Shown here piece by piece: positions 1 to 36,077 of a stretch of 64,000 bases of DNA. The notes under the pieces were generated by a model that searched no databases, was not told where the DNA came from, and worked only from the letters and a program-made list of their open reading frames with translations. Numbering within the stretch: the first letter of the stretch is position 1; every line of letters starts with the position of its first letter. Source of the stretch: Amoebidium appalachense (taxonomy: Eukaryota > Protista > Ichthyosporea); the NCBI GenBank assembly GCA_963693365.1, contig CAVNZM010000012.1, positions 4,950,409-5,014,408 on the forward strand, in the 5' to 3' direction. Made by a program: the position numbers and the translations under genes.

Positions 1-2
1 AG

Positions 3-11338
<11,336 letters not shown>

Positions 11339-12456
11339 GGTGGTGACGATGAAGAAGAGGTGGAGGTGGATGGAAACGAGGATGAGAAAGAAAAAGAGGA
11401 TTAGGAAGAGAACGAGGATGAGGAAGAGAAGGAGGAAAGGGGAAGAGAACGTGGAATGAGGAAGAGAACGAGGAAAGGGGAAGAGAACGAGGAATGAGGA
11501 ATAGAACGAGGAAGAGGAAGAGAACGAGGAATGAGGAGACAAAGAAGAAGAAAAGGAGGTGGTGGTGGAACAAAGCGAGGATGAAGATAGCGAGGAATGA
11601 GGGAAAGACATCAAAGAGGGTGTGTGCTTTTGGTTCGTGCTGTTAATTAGGCTATCATAGAAGTCCGTGTGTGTGATGCTGTGTGGGTCAAGAGTTAGGT
11701 CAGGGTGGTAACATCTTTTCGTTTGATTACTGAAGGCTTTTGCAAATATGTTTTGTATAACATGCCGACCTTTTGCCTACATATTCAACGCAAGGGGGTT
11801 TGTGGAATGATACTAAATCTGAAGGTATTGCATGATTGGCAATAGAAAGCGCTGCTGCAAAGGTATATGCAATTTTCGGTTTTTTCATGGTGTAGATTTT
11901 GACACGTATGTTACGCCCATGCACACGAGATTGTTCACAACCGCCTTAACAGTAATTCGAGCAGTTAGATTAACAGAAATGTCCCCGGGGGAGGGGAGAG
12001 GGGGGGGGGGGGTCTCCGCGTTTATAGGCAAACTTAAGCTAGTGATCTAATGTGACGTCATGGTGACGTCATGACAACACTTCTGCGGATTACAGACCCA
12101 TTAGGCTCTTTATTCCCTAGTGTTACTCTGGTACTTGTGTTTTTTTTTTTGCCTCCCCGTTTTCCTTCGTTTCCTTTTTTCTTGAATGAGATACTGTTCA
12201 TGATATACATGTGTGGACCTTGAACATACATTGCACGAAGCAGTGTTTCATTTGTTCCCTGGCAATGTACTACATAATCACCCATCAACACGTTATCATA
12301 AATGTTGTGTTAGTTGTAACCCATGCAGGTAATAGACCGGGCCTGTTTGTAGGATTCGAACAGTAATATACATATTGATTTGTTTGGCAGTGGAATGGAT
12401 ATATTCATTGTACATGATACCGTATATTGGATCTTATAATATAATGTGTGTGCGTG

Positions 12457-12529
<73 letters not shown>

Positions 12530-12545
12530 CAGCGTGTGTATGAGT

Positions 12546-12599
<54 letters not shown>

Positions 12600-13683
12600 C
12601 GAGGCCGGCCTTGAGAATTAGGCTCCAGGTCACCATCGCATACAAAGCTAAAGTTTAATCTCTTGCTTCTTCGGCAGTAGTATTTCTTTGAATTCGTTTA
12701 TTCGAAAAATGTCTTGTACATTCGAGACTAATCATAAATATCATCCTTTTCTGCCACACGCCCATTGATCGTGTGCCATATTACCAACAAACTTCAGTGT
12801 GTGTACGAGTGCATTTTAAAACACTCAACTACAGTAATTACATTCACAAAATGCCGGTTCTTGAGCTCGAAGTCGTGTACATGTTCATATAATCATACAA
12901 GAATAGCTCACCATATCATAGTACGGGCACCTAGGGTATTCACTCCATACCAGCTTAATATAAGACAAACATCACATACCAAAAGGAAAGGGCCCCAGGG
13001 GCCACTACACAGGCATAGTTCATACATACATAAAAACCCCCTACTGTGAAATTCAAACAAACAGGAAGGTTTTTCATACTCTGCTCAACATCTCCTCCGC
13101 TCTCCACGATAATTACCATACGCAAATTATGTGTTGTCGCAAAAGCACCAAACATTCACACACAAAATCATTGGGGGTTCCCTATCTAAATTCGGCGATT
13201 TGAGTGCGCAAAATGCAGCACAGCTAAATATAGACTTCAAAAGGAATCCCCCAAAGTCGCAGAAATTTCCACCGCGAATATTCACTCCCTGCACGATTCC
13301 AGTGTGGGCATCCGCTCCATCTTCTTGCCGCTGTCGAATATCACACTGGGCACTGGGCTCTCACAAAAACCCCTCTTGTCCTGCGAAAAAACACATGGTA
13401 CTATTAGAATAACATATTACGAAATTCGAAGGTTTCCTTTCCCTTTTTTTTTTTGGTTAAAACCCACCCTGCCTTTCCTTCTGCTTTGTACACATCTGGT
13501 GTTCTCGTGTCTCCACACACATTTACCTAATCCAATAAGTGGGTGAGGGGTCGGGGGAGGGGAGAAAGGTGGTGTAATATCAACACTTTGTAGATCCAAA
13601 AGAAACAAAGGTCCTCCCCCCCTCCCCCCCTCCCCTTTCCCTCCCCCCCCCCCCCCCCCCCCCCCACCAAAAAAAAAAATTGG

Positions 13684-13716
<33 letters not shown>

Positions 13717-13826
13717 ACCCGCCCCGAGCGTGGAGAGGCCAAGCCGCCATTCACGCCATAGTATCAAAAAGTGAGTATGTCTTCGTGCAGGTTTTTGTGT
13801 CGTGTGTTTGTTTGTGTGTCTGTTGC

Positions 13827-13861
<35 letters not shown>

Positions 13862-13943
13862 TGGGTGTGTGGGTGTGTGGGTGTGTGGGTGTGTGTGGTT
13901 TGGGGGGGGGGGGGGGGGGGGGGCATATTGTTAGAGCACACAC

Positions 13944-15592
<1,649 letters not shown>

Positions 15593-18217
15593 GATAAAGT
15601 TCGCGAGCAGAAAACGTGATGAATGTTGGATCTCAGGTATACTCAAAGCGTGTTAATTTAACGACCAACTAAAAAGTGATGGTTAATTAACAACATTCAA
15701 CTTGCATTCATGAAAACGGCCAACATGAAGTGACACTCTGTAACAACTCTGAAATAATGTCCTGCGACATTAACTTTCCTTGCTATACGTCTAAGCATTG
15801 CTTTCCTGTACACTGACAAACCTTGGCACAACTGCGTGTTTTTGTGTGAAATCGTGAAACCTCTCGTACTCAGATCCTTGCATCACGAACGTTGTGTGAC
15901 GCCGAAGTGGCCAAAGGATGACTTCATGACTCACAGGTCACAAACGTTGCAAATCTAACTGGAATGTGTAGATAGAATCAAGAAATTTATGGATATCTTA
16001 ATATTCTTATGTGGAAGCGCGCCTGATAATTGATTGAATGTAGCATCCTAGCTCATGTGCTAAAAAAAAAAAGTAGACTGATAAAAAATCATACATCATA
16101 TATATTACGGTTTTCAGGCAAGGATTTTACATATATTTACCGGAAACATTGACCAAGCCTTCTGAATGGCACAGACCAAGCCTTCTCTGCATGACAAGAT
16201 AGTTCAGCAAATTTCAGCAACAAAAATAGTGCTACTTTGGATATTGCTTATGCAAGATCCCCATAAATGCTCTGAGTTGCCCCGGAAACCCCCCCATGGC
16301 CACGGACTCAGCAAAATCGTTTTATTTGCAAACAGCACTGGCGGCCGGTAAAACGTGAAAAGCAAACGCCTTATTTGAGTCTTGTTTATAATTAGGCTTT
16401 TAGTTATTTTTCAAAGCACTTTTATTTGCTTTATGATGCTTTGCTATTACTTCTAGATGGATTTGTTACTTTTCTAGAGAGTGGAATGTGTTAGAACTTG
16501 GGGCCCTTGAAGCTGGAACACTAGAAGGCTTCCGGTTGGGCGGGAAGTAAGTCTGCCCAATCAGATTATCAGGCGACTTACCGGTTCTACTTTTCTTGGT
16601 ATTTTTTCAAGCCCCGGAGTATTTTGGCCTGGGGTGTATGGTATTTTTCATCCCAAGTCAAAGGGGGATAAGGGGGGTTCCTATTATAGCTTACCACTTG
16701 TTACTGGATAACTCGTGAAGTTTTTATTGTCTTCTCCGTATGCCGTGCATACTTGCATATCTTTCCGTTGAATAAATCCAGTCAAAAGCTTACCATGAAA
16801 CTTGCGGAGGCTGACCATAAACTGAAAATTTGATGGTATTTTCGAAAAGTTTACGGTATTTTTTACCGTAAAAACGGGGTTATGGTCGGGCCTGAAAATT
16901 TGGCAAGTTGCTATCATGATTTATTCTATAAAAAGCCTGGTAATTGTTTGAAATGAATTATATGATTGAAGTTGTAGGACAAAATTAGGAAATGTAACCA
17001 ATCATGAACCGCGTTATCCTTGTCAGTTAGCCGGGCTGCTGTGGCCAATTCCTGACCGACGATACCTGACACAGCCTGAAAATCCAGAGAACGTTGACAA
17101 GTTATTTTGATCACAAAACACTTGCCATTTTCTTCAAATTAATGCCACACGCTTCTGTGTAGCAGTTGTTTCAGACTGTGTATTATTCTTCACTGGACTG
17201 TACACACGCACATACACAATCTTACACGTTGTAAGTGGCTTGCGCATGCTAGCGCTGACCACGTGCCGAGCACATCGTGCATAGCAAGGCCCCCGGCACC
17301 ACTGCCGCACCAGTGACCAGTTGTGAGCATCCAATCAGCGATGGCGTAGATTAGCCTAAAGTAGTAATGTGGCTCACAAAATTTTACCTTCCATATATGG
17401 CAGGCAATAAAAAAGAAACGGTTTGCCAAGGCTTGCGCCGAGGTTGCAACTTGCAAAGCCTAGGATTGCAAGAAAAATAAAGAGTGAAAAACATCGTCAT
17501 GCACGTGGTTCCAACATATATACATGCACTCATATATGGCGTACCTGCATATTTTATAACCCAAGCCCTATCTACTTGACTCTTTTACAAAACTCTGTAA
17601 ATAATTACATCCACATCTCTAAGGATCTACGGTTCAAATTTGGGCTTTCATCCAGTTAATCTGGCTTATGGCAAACATAACTCTTTTTCCTTTCAACGTC
17701 TATGTTGATTCCTAGTGATACGAAAACACATCATAACATAAATTTTGCCAGGAAATGGTACGTAGAACTTGAGCACTGTTTCAGTAATTTGACCCCGGTG
17801 AGACGGAGGCAGGCAGCCTGGAGACTCCCATTCGGTTACATATTCAGGGCTTGTCAACTCCACGAGCACTTAGGTAAATATGTTTTGTATTGGTTTGGTT
17901 TGGTTTTGTATTACTATTGGCCGTCCATTCCACTGTCTTACACCTAATACACTCTCCTAGGTGAGAGGCTTTTTCCCTACTAGCCACTGTTAGCTTCTTT
18001 CCATCCGGCTTTTTTCTCCCCGGGGTGGTTTCCCTTTGGCTCGCATATCCATTGAGTTTAGAAGAATGGTCTTGGCCGTTTATTTGTAGGCCGGGAAACG
18101 AACCGAAACGATGGGGCCTAGAGATGTACGGAATTTGATGTCCTTTTTTTTTTTTTTTTTTTTTTTTTTGCAGTCGGGTGTTATCGGGCACTTTTTGGTT
18201 TCGAAGTTCTGCCATTC

Positions 18218-26394
<8,177 letters not shown>

Positions 26395-27066
26395 AGGAGG
26401 GTAAATCGATTCGAGGCACTTTGTACATGTGGCGTATTTCCTTAATCTCGTACAGTAAATGCAATTTGGGCTGTGCTGGTTACGACGTAGGTGGGCGTTT
26501 TGGTTGAGATGGTATTGAGTTACTTGGGGTGGCGGGGTGGGGGAGGGGTTGGGGGATGTGTCAGTATGTCTGTGTGTGGGGGGGGGGGGAGGGGGGGGGG
26601 GGAGGCGTGGGGGGGGGGGAGGGGGGATCTGCGGTTAGCGAACTTTCATGTTTCTTCTGCAAGGCCACACGGTGGGTTACTGTATTACTGTAGGGTGTTT
26701 GTTCCCCCGGGCCGGTTTTCATGCAACCTGACTTGACAATAAAGCGAATGATGTGGAGTTCTTTTAGTGTTACCATACATAGACTTACCTAGCTTGATGG
26801 TGCTGATTTTTTGTAACATTAGGATAACCGTTTCTTTTTGTGATAGGTGCTTCCGCTGTTTTTTTAATCTAACTTAATTGTGTTACCGGGGTTTTTGGCC
26901 TAGACTTGGCGTGACCTAGATATGTATCTATGGCTGTCGCTGCGATTATCAGAATTTTTGATTTTGATTCTTGTTCGCTGTCTTCCCGTAACTTCGGCTG
27001 TTTCCCGGGGTGGGTGGGTGGGTGTGGTGGTGGTGGTGTGCAGTGAGCGGTGGTGGGCCGGGGGAA

Positions 27067-27105
<39 letters not shown>

Positions 27106-27470
27106 TGGGGGGCTCTCAGGCTTTTATACACATGTATGCACAGTAATAATCTTGCTCGGTTGTTGTAATTATGGTGGCCCGTCAAAGCTTTCATATATGT
27201 ATTTTCCTCGGTTTGAACCAGGAGAACAGATATCAGTATTGGTGTTTCCGGGGTTGATGTACTGTAACAAATGAAGTAACGTTAACGTTATTTTGAGCTC
27301 TGCCTCGAGCAAAAACCTTCGAAGCTTGTGTGTCTTTGCTGTTCACGACACGAGTAAAGCTTTGCCGAAAATTTTGTTTGCATTTGCAACCCCCCCCCCC
27401 CCCCCCTTCGGCCCGGAGAGGGGGGAAGAGGGAGAGAGGAAGAGAGAGAGTGTGTGTGTGTGGGTGTGGG

Positions 27471-27503
<33 letters not shown>

Positions 27504-27822
27504 TGTGTGCCTCAGGGGGAGGGGGGGGGGGGGGGGCTGCGATCATCAATGTTGAAATGCACTGAGCCCGCCAAGAAGCATCACCCAATGGAGAGGTACA
27601 TAAAAAAACTAAATTTGGTTAATGTTCTTATCGTGCGAATGAGTGCGGCTCATGAGTCATGCCCGTTTTTGTTTTGATGCAAAGCTGCATGTGGTCTGTT
27701 TACATGTACACTCGGTTTGTTGCCAAGTTATCCTGTGTGCATCATCAAAGCAAGCGCATACAGCAACAGTTCAACATCTTGTTTTGTGCACACTGTAATA
27801 CAATACAGGCCCAGCTTTCACC

Positions 27823-29236
27823 ATGGCAGACAGGCACAAGGAATACATTGTGGTATGCTTCCCTGATTTCTTTGTTTACCTTTTCCTGCTACAGCTGACG
27901 AATACTATTCCTACTCGGGTTCATTTCATTCTACGGAGAAAACATGTGATTTCCAAGCACCATTGCACCATCACAAGAGCTTTAACCTCCTCCTACCCAC
28001 CCTTTTGGTCCTCCTCCTCCCCCTTTTTTGTTTACCTTTTCCTGCTACAGCTGACGAATACTATTCCTACTTGGGTTCATTTTATTCTACGGAGAAAACA
28101 TGTGATTTCCAAGCACCATTGCACCATCACAAGAGCTTTAACCTCCTCCTACCCACCCTTTTGGTCCTCCTCCTCCCCCCCCCCCCCCCTCCCCCCCCCC
28201 CCCCCCCCCTACTCCCCCCCTCCCTTTGGCGCTGCCGATTTGAACAAAATTGTTCCATAGCAGTCTTTGAACTTGCTCCTAGCACTGTGTCCCTCGACGC
28301 TCCTGCCATGTTTTTGTGTTCACCTAACTCTAACCCTTTTGCCTCGTTGCTCTCTGCTCAACTTACGGGACTTATGACACTCATATAACATAGGCACCAC
28401 ACTACCAGTTGAAAGGTGCTTTTGAATGTAATTTTGGTTGGCTTTTTACGGTCAGGAAGATCACCATTCTGCTTTGAAGGCATGACCTCCATGTCGTCAC
28501 CCGGAGACTCGCTTCCATCCCAAACACAGACATTTTCCGAGCTCCAATATTGACACCATTCTCCCTTCCTCATCCACCCGTTTTGTTTTGTTAATACACA
28601 ATCAACCCCATCTGTACACTCCTAACATGTTATTTTCTCTCCCTCTCTTGAACCTCCTGCAGATTGAGGACTCAGACCATGGGTTCCCCCTCACCACCTT
28701 TGCCATCCCCAAGCACTACCGCGAAGATCTGGACAGGGTGCTGGTTCCCCACGGCATGATCCTAGACAGGTACGGAATAGATGCAGCCCCCCCCCCCCCC
28801 TCCCCCCTCCCCCCCTCCCCCCCCCCCCCCCCCCCCCCCCCCCGCGGCATTCTCTCCTCCCCCCCCCCCCCCCCCCCCCCCCCTTCCCCGCTACATACCC
28901 ACACACCCACGCCCACACACACATGCACCGCCCGTCCTCACCCTTCCTAATGACACACCATCGTGGTATCTGTAGGAGTTATGCTTAGTTATAGTGAGAG
29001 TTGTTGGTGTTGGTGATGTGTGTTTCTTATTCTTCGCCGGAGAATGGAAGAGTTAAGTAGCTACCTCTGAGAAGGTTTCCGTACTTTTCCAGGGCTAGCC
29101 AACCTTTTTTAGCTCAGCAAGGCTTTCTCACCTGTGCTACTTCCCTCCTCCCTCCCCTCCCCCCCCCCCCCCCCCCCCGCCCACCTGTTATCCCGTGTCC
29201 AGCCGACTTTCTCCACTGCTGTGTCCACTCTACACA

Positions 29237-29300
<64 letters not shown>

Positions 29301-29925
29301 ACGTGCACGTGCAGGGTTGAGAAGGTTGCACAGAACATTGTCGAAGACATCAACGGTCCCCTTGTTGTCCTCTGTGTTCTCAAGGGTGGCCACCAGGTAC
29401 TTTTTGCCCCCCCCCCCCCCACCCCCCCTCCCCTCCGTTCGAAAAAAAAAAAAAGGTGGAGGGGGTGGGGGGTGGGGAGGGGGGAGGGAGAGGGGGGGGG
29501 AGAGAATGTGTGTGTGTGGGTTGGGGTGTGTGTGGGAGGGGGGGGGCCGCCAATCACCACCACCCTACTACGATACTCTACCCCTGTGGCGGCTTTCTTT
29601 TGTAATTTTATTTAAAAAAAAAAAAAAACCTAACAAAATAGAAAGGGAGGAAGAAGAAGAAAGGGAGGGGGAAGGGTGGCGGCGGGCGGGGTGTGTGTGT
29701 GGGGGGAGGGGGAATAATGGAGGGGATAAAGAAATATCTCTCTTAATCATCCCACTCCCCCCGCCTCCCCCCAATCTCTCTTCCTCTCTCACTGACACAC
29801 ACACACACACACACACACATACACTCACTCACTCCCTCCCCTCCCCCTTCCTCTCTCTCCCTCCCTCCACCCCGCCCCCCATCTTTCTCTCTCTTCCCCT
29901 CCCCCCCGCCACGCGCTCTCCCTCT

Positions 29926-29964
<39 letters not shown>

Positions 29965-30475
29965 TGCGCCGCCCCCGTGCGCTTACCAAATGCTCTCTGA
30001 CTGAACAACTTGAAGGCTGTTTTTGACACGATTAAATTGTATTCACTTCATCTCATCCCCCCCCCCCCCCCCCCCTCCCCCCCCCTCCCCCCCATGCAGG
30101 TGTTTGCAGATGTTGTCGACTACATCAAAAAGATCAACACCAATGCCAGTATGCCCCCCCCCCTCCCCCTGTCTCTGCTCCCAAACCGCCTGCTATCCTA
30201 TCACACGTTCATTTCCCTTCGTCTCCCTGGCCCTTTCTGCCCTCTCCCTCCCCCCCCCCCCTCCCCCCCCCCCCCCCTCTCTCCCTCTCCCCCCCCTCCC
30301 CCCTCCCTTCCCCCTTCCATTTATTCCCTATCCCTCTCCTTATATCTTCCCCTTCCTCCCTCTTGCCCCCCGCCTCCCCCTCCCCTCTCTCTCCCTCCCT
30401 CCCTCTCGGCCTACTCCCTGACCCCTTTCCCCCACCCCTTGCTTTCCCTGTCTCTCTCTCTCTCTCTCTCCCTCT

Positions 30476-30551
<76 letters not shown>

Positions 30552-32104
30552 TCTCCCCTCCCTCCCCCCCCCTCCCCCTCTTTCTCTCCCTCCCTCTCTC
30601 TCTCTCTCTCTCTTCCCCTCTCTGCCACTCACCCTCTCTCCCGCTCTCTTTCTGTTCTCGCTCTCTTCCTCTCTCTCCCTTTCCCTTTCCCTCTCCCTAT
30701 TCCCTTTCTCCCCCCCCCTTTCGCTCCCCCCACCCTTTCCCCCTCCCCCCCCCCCCCGCCCCCTCCCCCCCCACGCACACACACCCCTTCCGCTTTCCCT
30801 ATCACCACCACCCTTACTCTCCCTCTCGTCCCCCTCTTCTCTACCCATCCACCAGTCCTGCCTGCTTTTCCCTATCACTCTTAAAAATTTTCTCTCCAAA
30901 TTGCACACTTGTATATCCCACACATATTTATTTGGTTATCTCCCTACCAGGCCGGTCACTCCCTCTCACGCTGGAGTTTATCCGGTGCAAGAGCTATCAC
31001 AACGACAAGAGCACCGGGGAAGTTGTTATTCAGGGCATGGATTTGAGCACCCTCAAGGGACAGCATGTGCTCATTGTTGAGGTGGGTGTGTGCACGTGTG
31101 TGTGGCAAACGTGTGTGTATGGGCACACGTACATGCAGAGGCACGGGCACACGTACATGCGACTACATGTAGAGGCACACGTACATGCAGAGGCACGGGC
31201 ACACGTACATGCGACTTCATGTAGGGGCACACGTTCATGCAACTTCATGTAGGGGCACACGTACATGCGACTACATGTAGAGGCACACGTACATGCTACT
31301 ACATGTAGAGGCACACGTACATGCGACTTCATGTAGGGGCACACGTACATGCAGGGGCACGTGTATTTGGAAGTATATGTACAGGCGCACGTACGTGCAC
31401 AAGCGCACGTACATACATGCAGGGGGCACACGCACATGTAGACACGTTCATGCAGACACGTACACGCGGAGGCGCATGTAAATGCAGAAGCAGAAGCACA
31501 CGAACATTCAGAGGCACACGTACATGCAGAGGCAGGCACACCCTTTCATGCGTGTACATGCAGAGGCAGGCACACCCTTTCATGTATGTACAGGCAGAGG
31601 CACATGTACATACAGATCTACACGTACCGTGCTCGTAATGTTTCTTGTGTGCTTAAGATGCCATACAAATTTGCGTATATAACGCAAGGACACACACACG
31701 GTACTTGTGTGGTCCGACCTATTCGGGGATATGGATTGATAGACACATTTTGCACTTATTACACTCACGGGTACGAAGGCATGTGTAAACGTACCTGCCT
31801 GCGTGTGTGTGTACGTGTGTATGTGTGCATGCATCGTGTGTGTTCGTGAATGCAGGGGACGAAGGTTTTCTACTGCTCCACTGTGTATGGTCTTGGCTTG
31901 AGTTGGTGGGAGTTTTTTAGCTACTGAAACCGTTTTGGTGCGAACCATGTATGGTTATTCAGTTAGCCTAACATAGGATGGCTGACAGGACATTGTGGAC
32001 ACGGGGAGGAGCTTGAAGAGGCTCGTGGAGGTGCTCAAAGGTGGGTCCCTGGCGCGTGCACACACACATACACACGCACACAAAACACACACACACACAC
32101 GCAC

Positions 32105-32164
<60 letters not shown>

Positions 32165-32171
32165 CACATGT

Positions 32172-32241
<70 letters not shown>

Positions 32242-32576
32242 TGTACACACACACACACGAACACACACACAGACAAACATGCTCGCTGGATGCACACGTG
32301 AATAGGGTGCTCACACACACACACATACACGCAGGCAACATTCACACAAATCTCTCCCCTCTCTTCCTCCTCTATTCCGTTTCTCACATATTCGCCCCTT
32401 TCCGTCCGACTTCGAGCCGAAAACCTCAGTAGCTTAAGACATGCCCCTAATACCCCCCCCCCCCCCCCCCCCTCCCCCCCCCCCCCCCCTTTCTTTTTTT
32501 TTCCCTCTGCATGCCAGCATTAAATTATGTGTTGTTGAAAGTGTACTTCATTGCTTGTCCTTCATTCTAACCCTCC

Positions 32577-32614
<38 letters not shown>

Positions 32615-32744
32615 TCCCCCTCTCTCTCCCCGGGGACCATTTTGCTTTGTCTTTCAGAGCAAGAGCCAGCCAGCCTCCGCACTTTTGCCCTCCTCATCAA
32701 GAGGACACCTGAGAGCAACGGCTTCAAGCCTGACTGTGAGTAAC

Positions 32745-32775
<31 letters not shown>

Positions 32776-32954
32776 TTCCCCCCTTCCTTTCTCTCTGCTG
32801 GGGACGTTTATGTCTGTGCCACGAGCCAGCCCCACTCATTACAAATGGCCTTTCCTTTGGTGCTTCATCCTACTCTCTGACCAAGCCATTCCCCTCCTGT
32901 CATCCTTCCACACTCCTCCACTAATACACTGACTCTCAACTCCTCCCCCCCCCC

Positions 32955-32985
<31 letters not shown>

Positions 32986-33322
32986 ACATCTCTACCCCCC
33001 CCCCCACACACACACACACATCTACTGTAACCGCCCACCCCTGCATTTTTGTGATCACTTTGGCAGACCGAAGGGACTCCCCCGCAAGAGGGGAGAGAGG
33101 CGCGGGGCGGGGGGGGGGGGGGGGAGGGGGGGGAGGGGGGAAAGATGGTTAGGGCATGCAGAGACGAGGTCTAGGAATAAATCCCTGCATGTGATTGGTG
33201 CGTTGTCAGCCAATGGTATGTGCTAAGATATGCCACGACGTGCATATTTGCTGATGGGCCCTCCAATCAGATGCCGGCTTTGAGATTCCAAACGAGTTCG
33301 TTGTGGGCTACTGCCTGGTATT

Positions 33323-33383
<61 letters not shown>

Positions 33384-34210
33384 GGCGAAAGACAAAAAAA
33401 AAAAAGAAGGAAAACGAAAGAAAGGAAGAGGCGGGATGGCAAAAAATTAAAAAAAATAAAAATAAAGAATAAAAAATAAAAATACACGTGCACACGTGTG
33501 CACATTCACACATGCACATACACACACAACCTCTAGAGGACCGGACTAATTGATTCTACCAGCTGCCGGTTGGGACCTAAACAACTCTATTGCAGCTCAA
33601 AATCGATAGAAAAAGCTCAAATAAAGTGCATATGCCGACAGGTATATGTCTTACCTACAAACGTTACTAAGATGGTTTGGGGAAAATATCATTATTTCGT
33701 ATACTTTTATATCTGTTTCTGAAGTGACTTTCGAGATTTTGAGAGAATATTGGAGTTGCCATCGAATGTCGACTGAGCCGGCCAATCATGTTTTGCCATT
33801 TGGAGCCATTCCCACAATGGTCCTATTAGAAGATTGCATTGACAGCATTTCGATGTCGTAATTGACTCGTCAAGCCGGCAAACACCCTTTGTAGTTACAC
33901 CATATACGAAGTATCGTTATTAAAGTAAATTTCAATTTTTTTTTTGCATAAGACAAAGGATAAGTGTATAATTATATCTGTTGCTATTTTTATTTGGCTA
34001 GTTCCTATCGATTTCATGTCCAAATTAGAGCACAAACTGACTCGTGTCGATTTCAGTTGACTAGATGTCGATCTCGTGGAAATTACGGATCTCAAGAGGT
34101 TAAACAAAGGAGCGAGAGGAAAGATGGGGAAAAGAGAGAGAGAGTGAGAGAGAGAGCTTTCTGAAGTATGAGGAGGGGAGGGGGAGAGAGGGGGGGGGGG
34201 GGGGGGGGGA

Positions 34211-34250
<40 letters not shown>

Positions 34251-35483
34251 AGGGAGGGAGCTCCCTATAATATGCATGTGTGCCTCTTGCCCAACCATCC
34301 GTCCTGCTTTCTCCAGGTAAACTATATTGGGGAAAGGCTTGAAAGGGGTTTGTTTTTATAAGGGCCTGTGCAGATACAATGCATGTGCATCGGAGCCTTC
34401 AGCATGCCCCCTCCCCTGTTGCCACAAACAATTAGGACGGGAGGGGATAAAAAAAAGAGTTGCATGTGTGTTTGTCGCGCATACACACACACAGACACAC
34501 ACACACACGTGCGCGCGCGCGTACTCACCTAGCATCCTTGACCCTCTCAGGACTACAACGAATATTTCCGCGACCTTGACGTGAGTCCCCCCCCCCCCCC
34601 CCCCCCCCCCTTCTTCTTCCCCCCTTCCCCCCCCGGTGTGGCCATTGTGTCATGATGCTATTTGGAAGACACACAGCCAAAAAGAGTTGTTTTTTTCGTT
34701 AATGTTCAGCTGCTTTGTTGTGCTTGTGTGCATGTCGCGGTGTGCCTGATCACTAAATGAAGGAAGGAAATCTTGTTTCGGTTGTGTGGTCCATTCCTGT
34801 GTGTGTTTGTGTGGGTGTGTGTGTGTGTGTGTCTGTGCGTGGGTGTTTCCATCCCCCCATATTTTTCTTGCTTCTGCTTACTGCTGCACCTTTAACCCCC
34901 GGCCTTTCCCACTGCCCTTGCCTGCATAAGCAACCCTGCTCGTCTCTGATCAAGACGGGTGACCTACTCATGTTCAAGTGAAACAGTATCTGAGTTGGGT
35001 TTCGTTAACGAGGGGAATAGGTCGAAACTCGGGTACTGTGGATGACGTGGGCCCCCCCTGAGGATGGGCTCTGCTTATTATGCATACTCTTTATGTATGG
35101 CTTGCATTCTGCATCGTGTTATCCGTTTGTTCTTGTGTACTTCGTACTTTTTAACGCATTCAAACCCCCCCCCCCCCCCCTCTCCCCCCGCTCCTCTTGC
35201 CTCCTCCCCCTCCCCTCCCCCCTTTGCTTATTATGATACTCATGTGCATGGTTTGCACTCTGCATTATGTTATCCGTTTTGAGTGTGTACTTCATACTCC
35301 AGACCTCATTCTAATCCTTTCTTTTCCCCCCCTGCCCCCCTCCACCCCCTTCCCCTCCCCCCTCCACCCCCTCGTTCCTTCTGTGCCCACCAATCGACAC
35401 CTCCATCCATCTTCATACACAAATACCGCCTCACAGAAATGTGCATACACCACACACACACACACACTGTGACACACATGCAT

Positions 35484-35533
<50 letters not shown>

Positions 35534-35581
35534 CACATCTGCGTCATCAGCGAAAACGGGAAGAGGAAATACGCCATGTAG
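27823..35581 (+). CDS. HPRT1: Hypoxanthine-guanine phosphoribosyltransferase; 10 exons
   Basis: Exons 27823-27852, 28663-28769, 29315-29396, 30100-30148, 30951-31081, 31989-32040, 32658-32735, 33271-33317, 34551-34580, 35534-35581. Motifs [39 protein letters not shown] (PRPP loop), [37 protein letters not shown]. Confidence 0.97.
27871..28180 (+). repeat. 156-bp tandem duplication in HPRT intron 1
   Basis: TTTGTTTACCTTTTCCTGCTACAG..GGTCCTCCTCCTCCCC is present twice with only about 2 substitutions. Confidence 0.92.
31120..31610 (+). repeat. Minisatellite (GGCACACGTACATGC core) in an HPRT intron
   Basis: More than 12 degenerate copies after the donor at 31082. Confidence 0.85.
34900..35164 (+). 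repeat. Multi-hairpin dispersed repeat, copy 2 (265 bp)
   Basis: Appears identical to 36551-36815; flanked by C-runs. Confidence 0.9.
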
Positions 35582-36032
35582 GGTGAAGATGAATGTTTTA
35601 TCGGCGCATGGCTTCCTTTTTGAGCAACAGATGATGGCCCGGTACATTGTTGGCTAAAAGGATGGCTTGGATTTGTTCATACTCGTTCAATGACATCTGT
35701 TTGTTGTTTTTTTATTTTTATTTTATTTTCTTTGTGCCTTTTTGATAAACGTCTTGTCAAGGACCGCCATCTTTACTTTAGGTGGGTACCAACTCGTCTT
35801 TTTCTTAAACTGTCTGGTTGAAAATTGGGTGTCCTGGAATGAGGATTCGAAAGAAGAAGTTTAGTTGTTCCTGGCCTGAAATAGAAAGTTTTAATATTTG
35901 TAGTAGGGTTCCATACGGACACGCTATAGTGACCTATAACCGGATATCTTTAGTCCTGCTTTCCGCAGACACATATGGTGGCACGAACGAAGTGCACGTG
36001 TATGTCATAACATGCAACCACGTGCACGCACC

Positions 36033-36077
<45 letters not shown>

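Noticed and set aside
34924-35085. 7SL/SRP RNA or hammerhead in the dispersed repeat
   Set aside because: A few short 7SL-like words are present, but no helix-8 motif or Alu domain; CTGATCA and GAAAC are not arranged as a hammerhead core.
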